Source: Tissierella simiarum (GTDB lineage: Bacteria; Bacillota; Clostridia; Tissierellales; Tissierellaceae). Taken from it: a stretch of 24,000 nucleotides of DNA. The first letter of the stretch is position 1. Every line of letters begins with the position of its first letter. Below the pieces are notes generated by a model that had not been told where the DNA came from, did not search any database, and saw only the letters and a list, made by a program, of their open reading frames with translations. Position numbers and translations under genes: made by a program. This document shows positions 1-5,885 of this stretch, one piece after another. The stretch spans positions 33,896 through 57,895 of the forward strand of contig NZ_JAHLPM010000017.1 of the NCBI RefSeq assembly GCF_018917865.1, written 5' to 3'.

Positions 1-163
1 CTGTTATCTCTATTACAATAACGTCTTCAATATCTCTACCTGGAATCTTTATTTCTATTTTAATAAGCAAGAAAAATCTGTCATCTATCCGCGCTACACA
101 TGTCGCACCTATCCTAATTGGCTCATTGCATCTTGCTGCATCAATCCCTTGATTATAATCCAT
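1..163 (-). CDS. hypothetical protein, N-terminal part only (continues past the left edge)
   Basis: ATG at 163 follows an AAGGAAGG Shine-Dalgarno (complement of 173-180). The frame stays open to position 1 (MDYNQGIDAARCNEPIRIGATCVARIDDRFFLLIKIEIKIPGRDIEDVIVIEIT...). Absent from the ORF track because it is truncated. No family recognised. Confidence 0.4.
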   Translation of the reverse strand, partial: MDYNQGIDAARCNEPIRIGATCVARIDDRFFLLIKIEIKIPGRDIEDVIVIEIT

Positions 164-228
164 TATTCTCGCCTTCCTTTACCTTATATTAGGAAAGTAA
201 CTTGTTGCTCTTCTTCTTTCCCAGTACA

Positions 229-258
229 AGTATATTACGGACCAGTAAAAGTTGTTAC
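229..258 (-). promoter_or_regulatory. putative promoter, copy A (GTAACA-N18-TATACT in minus sense) upstream of the ORF starting at 163
   Basis: Minus-sense TAGTAACA...AATATACTTGTA block is duplicated at 561-589 with about 80% identity. Hexamer spacing of 18 nt here and 17 nt in copy B fits a sigma-A-like promoter. Confidence 0.35.
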
Positions 259-340
259 TACAATATAAAATCTAAACTTAAATTTCTATCTTATAAATTT
301 TCTATGTAAAATTAAATAAAAAAGTTTCAAAAGATAAAAA

Positions 341-364
341 AGACTAGGAAATTAATCCTAGTCT
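341..364 (-). terminator. rho-independent terminator hairpin (9-bp stem agactagga/tcctagtct) followed by a U-run in minus sense
   Basis: Perfect 9-bp stem with a 6-nt loop. The A-run at 335-340 gives a U-tract on the minus transcript. It lies immediately after the stop of the 49-aa ORF (367). A paralogous hairpin at 622-645 differs by a compensatory base-pair change. Confidence 0.6.
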
Positions 365-366
365 CG

Positions 367-516
367 TTAATAAGGATATGGTTGGAAATGTCCTACTTTA
401 TTATTTCTTTTTATCCGTTTTGAGGTATTTATTAATGCTATATTAATAGCTATTAGTACAATTCCTATAGAAAGAAGGGAAAAGCTTATTTTTATATTTT
501 TAGCAGGAGCAAGCAT
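367..516 (-). CDS. possible small single-pass membrane protein (49 aa)
   Basis: Hand translation: MLAPAKNIKISFSLLSIGIVLIAINIALINTSKRIKRNNKVGHFQPYPY. It has one 20-residue hydrophobic stretch and a basic tail. It is bracketed by the copy-B promoter-like block and the 341-364 terminator. No convincing Shine-Dalgarno, hence the low confidence. Confidence 0.3.
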   Translation of the reverse strand: MLAPAKNIKISFSLLSIGIVLIAINIALINTSKRIKRNNKVGHFQPYPY

Positions 517-560
517 GTTCTTAGTATTTAAAGTTACTTAATGTTTTACTCCATACTACA

Positions 561-589
561 AGTATATTCTAGATTGATAAAAGTGTTAC
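561..589 (-). promoter_or_regulatory. putative promoter, copy B (GTAACA-N17-TATACT in minus sense)
   Basis: Duplicate of the 229-258 block, located about 40 nt upstream of the ATG at 516. Confidence 0.35.
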
Positions 590-621
590 TATAATATAAA
601 CTTTATGCCACAAATCAAAAA

Positions 622-645
622 AGACCAGGAACTTAATCCTGGTCT
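622..645 (-). terminator. rho-independent terminator hairpin (agaccagga/tcctggtct), paralog of 341-364
   Basis: Perfect 9-bp stem with a 6-nt loop; the A-run at 617-621 gives a U-tract in minus sense. Relative to 341-364 the stem carries T>C and A>G at paired positions, so pairing is preserved. Confidence 0.6.
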
Positions 646-892
646 AATTAATAAGAGGTCGTTTAAAAAAATGGCTTGTTGTTATTTCCTTTTGCTTACT
701 ATTCAATCTTCCTTATACCCTAATAGGTCTTTCCCTTACTTTAAGTACTCTTTTAAATACACAACCCCATCCTCTATTAGTGTATCCAATTCTTTTTTAG
801 ATATTAATATTTTTAGTATAGGGTTTACTAAAGTTTAACGTATTATTTTCATTATTACCTAAACAAAAACAGGACGTTTAAAACGACCTCTT

Positions 893-1183
893 TTATTTAC
901 TTTTCTCTGCTTTAGGATCTACTATCATTTCATAAGTACCTGTACTAGCTATAGTAATTAATACTGCATTAATAATAGTTAAAACTATACCTTGTAATCC
1001 TTGTCCACTTCTAGCAAATATAAAAGTAAGGATTAAGGATATTATAAAAGCATATAATCTCACTGCAGAGTCATCAAACTTTTTCTTTACTATAGATTTA
1101 GTAAATTGGACAATCACAGATACCGTCATTACTAATCCTGCAAACGTCGCTAATATTTCTAGTGTAATAAATTCGTTTAACAT
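893..1183 (-). CDS. phage holin-like small membrane protein (96 aa)
   Basis: ORF track. It has two or three hydrophobic helices and a charged C-terminal tail (DPKAEKSK). Its start is 1 nt from the stop of the amidase gene, suggesting translational coupling. The holin call rests on size, topology and context only. Confidence 0.55.
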   Translation of the reverse strand: MLNEFITLEILATFAGLVMTVSVIVQFTKSIVKKKFDDSAVRLYAFIISLILTFIFARSGQGLQGIVLTIINAVLITIASTGTYEMIVDPKAEKSK

Positions 1184-1184
1184 A

Positions 1185-1856
1185 TTATTTTACCTTCCTT
1201 TCTATATAATCTAATGCTTTATCTACAAGAGCCATAGCTTCCCCTCGTGTAATTTTATCGTCAAAACGCTTGTCTGTAATGTTGATTATACTTTTAAGAT
1301 TGTTGTAATGTTCCTCTGCCCAATGTTTTTTATCAGTCAATGCTTTAGCCTCCTTAATAAGCATAATTTTATCTAATCTTGTACCTGGACAAGTCTTAGT
1401 TACTCCTGGACCTTCTCTATGAAACTTTATGGAATCTTCTCCATACTTATTTATAAAATATCTCATTAGCTTTAATATTTCCTCTCTCTGCTTACCTTGT
1501 AAAAGATCATATCCTAGATCATTTATAGCTCCTGTTCCTGGTATATCAAAGTTGCCTATCATTTCTACAGCTAATGCTCCTGTATTCCAACCCTTTATAC
1601 TTGCTGGAGCTATATTAAAAGGTCTACCGGTTACCCAAGCACCATCTGGAAATAGTGTTAAATGTTGCCCTATGTCACTCCATCCATTTGAATTTACATG
1701 ATAGTTATACATAGATTGTTGGATTGCTATATGATTATTGCCAGTAAAACTTTTATGAGCAGGCTTCCAAGTATGATGTATATGGAGCTGCTTGAATTTA
1801 TATTTATCTAATTCTTTTATAAGATTATCAAAGTTAAGCATTCTAAAGTTCCCCAT
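1185..1856 (-). CDS. N-acetylmuramoyl-L-alanine amidase (Amidase_2/PGRP-type endolysin)
   Basis: ORF track. HIHHTW near the N-terminus plus H-x-EGPGVTKTCPG fit the T7-lysozyme-type zinc ligand pattern (His, His, Cys). Flanked by holin-like genes. Confidence 0.8.
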   Translation of the reverse strand: MGNFRMLNFDNLIKELDKYKFKQLHIHHTWKPAHKSFTGNNHIAIQQSMYNYHVNSNGWSDIGQHLTLFPDGAWVTGRPFNIAPASIKGWNTGALAVEMIGNFDIPGTGAINDLGYDLLQGKQREEILKLMRYFINKYGEDSIKFHREGPGVTKTCPGTRLDKIMLIKEAKALTDKKHWAEEHYNNLKSIINITDKRFDDKITRGEAMALVDKALDYIERKVK

Positions 1857-1867
1857 CTCATTACCTC

Positions 1868-2074
1868 CTAATTCTTAAATATATATTTTTTAATGTCTTT
1901 AACATCTTCCTGAACATTCTCTATTATATTAAACTTCTTGGATAGTTCCTCTATAATTGATTGATAATTAACTTCTCTTTTACTATTTTCTTTTAACACA
2001 TAAAACAGCGGGTAGACAAATAGTACCGCAAATATCCCTTGTGTAATTACATATTTTAATATTTCATTCTCCAT
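1868..2074 (-). CDS. BhlA/UviB-family holin-like peptide (68 aa)
   Basis: ORF track. The N-terminal TQGIFAVLFVYPLFYVLKENSKRE matches the BhlA/UviB signature (TQGPFAVLF...FYV.K.S..RE) as I remember it. GGAGGTG Shine-Dalgarno upstream. Confidence 0.7.
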   Translation of the reverse strand: MENEILKYVITQGIFAVLFVYPLFYVLKENSKREVNYQSIIEELSKKFNIIENVQEDVKDIKKYIFKN

Positions 2075-2101
2075 CCCACACCTCCGAATTTTACATTAAA
2101 A

Positions 2102-2128
2102 AGAACCTGGGTTTAAAACCCAGATTCT
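2102..2128 (-). terminator. rho-independent terminator after the 44-aa peptide gene
   Basis: 11-bp stem (agaacctgggt/acccagattct) with one position that is a G-U wobble in minus sense, and a 5-nt loop. Flanked by A5 (2097-2101) and T4 (2129-2132), so it may act in both directions. Confidence 0.6.
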
Positions 2129-2137
2129 TTTTAATTG

Positions 2138-2272
2138 TTAATATATAGATTTTATTAGCGTTATAATAAACGCTAGATACGCTACCATAAAGCCCATTCT
2201 TGTAAAACCTTCTTCATTTAACTTTACAAAACAAACTAATCCTAATCCGATTAAAATAACTAATAAGAACAT
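2138..2272 (-). CDS. small hydrophobic peptide, 44 aa (not in the ORF track)
   Basis: Hand translation: MFLLVILIGLGLVCFVKLNEEGFTRMGFMVAYLAFIITLIKSIY. GGAGGGG Shine-Dalgarno lies 6 nt before the ATG. It has its own promoter (2305-2332) and terminator (2102-2128). Two hydrophobic segments are separated by NEEGFTR. Confidence 0.5.
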   Translation of the reverse strand: MFLLVILIGLGLVCFVKLNEEGFTRMGFMVAYLAFIITLIKSIY

Positions 2273-2304
2273 AATAATCCCCTCCTTTTTAATGTGATAC
2301 TGGC

Positions 2305-2332
2305 ATTATACATACTAAAAAGGGGAAATCAA
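2305..2332 (-). promoter_or_regulatory. sigma-A-type promoter TTGATT-N16-TATAAT for the 44-aa peptide gene
   Basis: Minus sense reads TTGATT (2332-2327), a 16-nt spacer, then TATAAT (2310-2305), about 30 nt upstream of the ATG at 2272. Confidence 0.5.
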
Positions 2333-2560
2333 ATTTTCATCCTATTTTCTAATACGCATTTCCAACCTAGTTACAATATCCTTGTTGTTGTCAATATAAT
2401 AACAAGTTGTCTGCTTTGGGTTTTCGGATCCACGAGGATTATATGCAAATCCTACGTCGACACCCCTATTACTTGTTGTTGTTAAAAATATAAAACTAGT
2501 ATCTAGATCAACATTTAGATCAAAATCCTCCTTAAAAACTAAACTTCCTAATTAAATATT

Positions 2561-2597
2561 AAAAGGTATCTAATCTATGACAAATTAGATACCTTTT
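2561..2597 (-). terminator. rho-independent terminator downstream of the PTS IIA gene
   Basis: Perfect 14-bp stem (aaaaggtatctaat / attagatacctttt) with a 9-nt loop, 19 nt after the IIA stop, followed by AT-rich sequence in minus sense. Confidence 0.7.
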
Positions 2598-2615
2598 AAT
2601 ATAATAGAAAAACTA

Positions 2616-2927
2616 CTATTTCGAATACTTTTTATGTGTTAAAATCATTTCTTTAGTAATTTCTTTTAATGTTTCTGTTGCCATTAATTGATCTTCTGCA
2701 TGAATTAAAAGTAATGATATATTTACTAGTTCTCCAGAAGCTTCTTGATGAATTAATGAACTATGAAATTCATGGGCTTTTAGTAAACTTGTCTCTGCAT
2801 CTTTAACATAGTTTTCTGCATCATCAAATTTTTCTTCTCTAGATGCTTTTAAAGCTTTAAATAGAAATGCTCTTGCATCTCCAGCATTAGTAATTAATTG
2901 GAATAATATTAGTTCTAAATCTTGCAT
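2616..2927 (-). CDS. PTS lactose/cellobiose-family EIIA component
   Basis: ORF track. 103 aa and all-helical, with LITNAGDARA, AHEFH and LLLIHAEDQLM matching the EIIA-Lac/Cel pattern (..HAqDhlM). AAAGGAGA Shine-Dalgarno. Confidence 0.9.
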   Translation of the reverse strand: MQDLELILFQLITNAGDARAFLFKALKASREEKFDDAENYVKDAETSLLKAHEFHSSLIHQEASGELVNISLLLIHAEDQLMATETLKEITKEMILTHKKYSK

Positions 2928-3002
2928 ATATATGTCTCCTTTTCCTTATATTCTTTTTATAACTTATCCTTCTTTATCTTCTAACTAAGTTCGCAATATT
3001 TA

Positions 3003-3962
3003 TTAATCAAAAGTTATAGGAGATTTGATTCTCTCAATATATTTATCTAGCCATTCTTTACTTGCAACTTCATAAGTTGTTTTTCCATCTGTATTCTTAC
3101 ATACATAAACTGTAGGTTCTTGATTTTCTGTAACTAGAGAAAAAGAAAAACCATCAATATTTGTTGCTACACCAAATTCACCTTTATTATTTAAGCATAC
3201 TACTGATAAATCTCCTGATTTTCCTCTTCTTTTGGCTAAAACATTATTTAAATCTAAAACCGCTTTATCTGCAGCATCTTGAGGATGATATCCCTCTCTC
3301 ATTAATCTAACTATCTCATAAGAAATACAGCCCTTCATTAAATCTTCTCCAAGTCCTGTTGCTGTCGCTCCTCCTATTTCACTATCTACATAGAATCCTG
3401 AACCACATACTGGCGAATCACCAGCTCTACCTCTTTTTTTCATAAATAAGCCACTAGTTGATGTCCCTGCAACCATAGTCTTATTTCTATCTAACGCTAT
3501 CATACCAACTGTATCATGACCGTCATAAGGACTCAAGCCTTTTTCTATTGTTTCTTTAATTCTTTTTTCATAATGCTGTTTTGCTCTATCAGTTAACATG
3601 TTTTTTCTCTCAAAGCCATTTTTCTGAGCATATTCTTCTGCCCCGATTCCTACTAAAAAGCAATTAAACCTTTCTTCACTTAATTTTTTAGCTATACTTA
3701 TTGGATTTCCAAAATCTCTTATTCCAGCTACTGCCCCTATAGATAGTGTATCTCCATCCATGTATCCTGCATCTAATTCAACTATACCATTTTCATTTGG
3801 CAATCCTCCATATCCAACTGATTTATAGTAGGGATAGTCCTCAACCATCTTAATTGCTTTTTCTATTGCATTACCTGCCGACTCTCTATTTTCCAATAAT
3901 TTTGATGCTTCAGTTATTCCCTCAATTGCCATCCTCCATGTTGCTATCATTGCCCATTCCAT
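3003..3962 (-). CDS. Ntn-hydrolase of the glycosylasparaginase / isoaspartyl peptidase family (start re-set to ATG 3962, 319 aa)
   Basis: Autoprocessing motif GHDTVGMIALD, with the H-D-T codons at 3518-3510. GGAGGAG Shine-Dalgarno lies 6 nt before the ATG at 3962. The 23 extra N-terminal residues in the ORF track overlap the sigma-54 promoter, so they are probably not translated. Confidence 0.85.
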   Translation of the reverse strand: MEWAMIATWRMAIEGITEASKLLENRESAGNAIEKAIKMVEDYPYYKSVGYGGLPNENGIVELDAGYMDGDTLSIGAVAGIRDFGNPISIAKKLSEERFNCFLVGIGAEEYAQKNGFERKNMLTDRAKQHYEKRIKETIEKGLSPYDGHDTVGMIALDRNKTMVAGTSTSGLFMKKRGRAGDSPVCGSGFYVDSEIGGATATGLGEDLMKGCISYEIVRLMREGYHPQDAADKAVLDLNNVLAKRRGKSGDLSVVCLNNKGEFGVATNIDGFSFSLVTENQEPTVYVCKNTDGKTTYEVASKEWLDKYIERIKSPITFD

Positions 3963-4002
3963 AATATTCTCCTCCATTCCTAGTTCCTTAATGATATTAC
4001 AT

Positions 4003-4019
4003 ATGCAACAACTATGCCA
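4003..4019 (-). promoter_or_regulatory. sigma-54 (-24/-12) promoter TGGCAT-AGTTG-TTGCAT for the Ntn-hydrolase/IIA unit
   Basis: Minus sense reads TGGCATAGTTGTTGCAT, which fits the TGGCAC-N5-TTGCW consensus with correct spacing. The -12 element is about 40 nt upstream of the ATG at 3962. A sigma-54 activator gene is divergent and adjacent. Confidence 0.75.
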
Positions 4020-4233
4020 TTCGCAAACCATGGGTATATTTATACATTTACTTATGTTTTATTATATTTCTTTATCTAATAATTGATTTTCTACATTAAG
4101 TGTGTTATATAATAATAAATATGTATATTTATATATATTGAATTTAACACAGTATAACTTAATTTCACAATTATCTATACAATAATTAGGGATTAAATTA
4201 TACACATTATGGTTTACAAGGAGATAGTTTAAT

Positions 4234-5838
4234 ATGAAAAGAATAGATTTAGTTCACAATTCTATGAAAACGCTAGATAAAGGTGATGGAGTAACAACTA
4301 TTGAACTTAGTAGGTTTTTAGGTTTACAGAGATCTAATATAAGTAGAGACTTAAATATACTTGTTGAAAAAGGTTTTTTATATAAAAACAATTCTAGACC
4401 TGTAAAATACTTTTTAAATAATACTAATAACATAGATTTTACTGCTAAATCATCTATGGATAATTTATCCTATCTTTATCCTTCTTTAATTCCATCTATC
4501 AAACTCGCAAAAACTGCTATTCTTTATCCACCTAATGGAATGAATTGCCTGATTATTGGTGATACCGGTGTAGGTAAATCTATGTTAGCAAAGTTGATGC
4601 ATGAATATGCGAATTCACTAGATATCAGTAAGAATATGCCCTTTTTACATTTCAATTGTTCTGACTTTTCCAATAACCCTCAGTTATTAAGTGCCCATTT
4701 ATTTGGAGTTAAAAAAGGTACTTTTACTGGAGCAAATGAAGATAGACCTGGACTAATCCAGCAGGCAGATGGTGGTATTTTATTTCTAGATGAGATACAC
4801 AATCTTCCTAGTGAAGGACAGGAAATGCTTTTTGTCTTTATGGATACTGGATACTTTAAAAGATTTGGAGAAGTTACAACTAAAATTAAATCTTCTGCTC
4901 GAATAATATGTGCAACAAATAGGGATATAAGTTCTTCTCTTCTAGATACATTTATAAGGAGAATTCCAATAAAAATTTATCTTCCAAGGTTAGAGGAAAG
5001 ATTGTTAGAGGAAAGACTTACTCTTGTAGAATATTTTATAAAAAACGAAAGTATAAAGTTAGGTAAACCTGTTTCAGTTTCCTATAATGCAATGCTTTGT
5101 TTATTATCCTATCCTTGTCCATATAATGTAGGACAACTTAAAAATGATATTACTCTGGCTATTGCTAATGCATATTCAGAGTATTTTATCAATAATAAAA
5201 TACATATTAAAATCAACAGTCCTGATTTGCCAAAGGAATTAAGAAAAATGCTTAATACTCCATTGTTAGAAGAAAGGGCATTATTAGATTCTCTAGATAG
5301 TGTTGATTCCTACTTTACTTATGATGAAAACTCACAGATAACTAGTCATTCATTTTTAAAACAAAAACAGCTTATTCTTAACAGTTTTAAAAAGCTAATG
5401 ATGGATATTTCTAGAGTTACAATTAATAAAGAAACTGATAGCAGCTCTATAATTAATTTGTTTGGAGATTATTTGAGTATCATCAAAAATAATATTTCAA
5501 GCTATCAATATAGTCTAAATAGCTCTGCATATGAAGAAGTTTTATCTAACATATCTAGTCTGGATAATAAACTTAAGACATTTCTTAATGATGATATATT
5601 GAAAACTTTTTTTCATATTCATCTTGATATGATATATGATAGGATCAATTTAATAAATTTTGATTTTTTTCCTACTTTGAACAAGGTAAAATGTATTTTT
5701 CCAGAATACTATACTATTTCTTTAGGTCTAAAGTCCATTATAGAAAAAACCCATAATATAAACTTACTGAATACAGAAATATTGTTTCTGATACTTTTTA
5801 CAATATATTTACATAAGAACCAGATATCAATGGCATGA
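4234..5838 (+). CDS. sigma-54-dependent transcriptional activator (HTH - AAA+ - single C-terminal PRD; short LevR-like)
   Basis: ORF track. Walker A GDTGVGKS (aa 109-116), sigma-54 contact loop GTFTGA (aa 162-167, nt 4717-4734) and Walker B ILFLDEI. N-terminal winged-helix-like segment (TTIELSRFLGLQRSNISRDLNIL). The C-terminus has PRD-like histidines in FFHIHLDMIYDR and EILFLILFTIYLH. Confidence 0.85.
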   Translation: MKRIDLVHNSMKTLDKGDGVTTIELSRFLGLQRSNISRDLNILVEKGFLYKNNSRPVKYFLNNTNNIDFTAKSSMDNLSYLYPSLIPSIKLAKTAILYPPNGMNCLIIGDTGVGKSMLAKLMHEYANSLDISKNMPFLHFNCSDFSNNPQLLSAHLFGVKKGTFTGANEDRPGLIQQADGGILFLDEIHNLPSEGQEMLFVFMDTGYFKRFGEVTTKIKSSARIICATNRDISSSLLDTFIRRIPIKIYLPRLEERLLEERLTLVEYFIKNESIKLGKPVSVSYNAMLCLLSYPCPYNVGQLKNDITLAIANAYSEYFINNKIHIKINSPDLPKELRKMLNTPLLEERALLDSLDSVDSYFTYDENSQITSHSFLKQKQLILNSFKKLMMDISRVTINKETDSSSIINLFGDYLSIIKNNISSYQYSLNSSAYEEVLSNISSLDNKLKTFLNDDILKTFFHIHLDMIYDRINLINFDFFPTLNKVKCIFPEYYTISLGLKSIIEKTHNINLLNTEILFLILFTIYLHKNQISMA

Positions 5839-5868
5839 ATGGGTTAATTTTAACTCATCCATGCCATT
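5829..5868. terminator. hairpin between convergent genes (activator and M20 dipeptidase), probably a bidirectional terminator
   Basis: 17-position stem (aatggcatgaatgggtt / aactcatccatgccatt) with one mismatch and one wobble, and a 6-nt loop. It overlaps the activator stop codon. Confidence 0.5.
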
Positions 5869-5885
5869 ATATTTGATTAATTATG

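Noticed and set aside
605-838. 77-aa plus-strand ORF in the left intergenic region.
   Set aside because: No SD, and an odd composition. It runs across a minus-strand terminator hairpin and the decayed small-gene cassette, so the repeat and terminator structure explains this DNA better.
2294-2485. 63-aa plus-strand ORF (MILALYILKRGNQ...).
   Set aside because: It starts inside the promoter of the minus-strand 44-aa gene, has no SD, and its product looks like non-protein sequence.
2340-2540. Minus-strand open frame encoding ...DFDLNVDLDTSFIFLTTTSNRGVDVGFAYNPRGSENPKQTTCYYIDNNKDIVTRLEMRIRK, preceded by AAGGAGG.
   Set aside because: The sequence looks protein-like, but the frame has no ATG, GTG or TTG start after the upstream TAA. 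The ATG that follows the SD opens a 3-codon frame. It is possibly the 3' remnant of a disrupted gene, which I cannot support as a feature without a homology search.
4060-4100. IHF-like site (CTAATAATTGATT) between the putative UAS and the sigma-54 promoter.
   Set aside because: One mismatch at a core position of WATCAANNNNTTR. The region is generically AT-rich, and clostridia are not known to me to use IHF. An intrinsic AT-tract bend is the simpler explanation.
4988-5017. Apparent tandem 15-nt duplication (ttagaggaaagattg / ttagaggaaagactt) giving LEERL-LEERL in the activator.
   Set aside because: The region corresponds to the usual LPPLRER-x-ED..L motif of sigma-54 activators, and total length there is within one residue of the canonical spacing. 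It is probably native sequence rather than a recent duplication.
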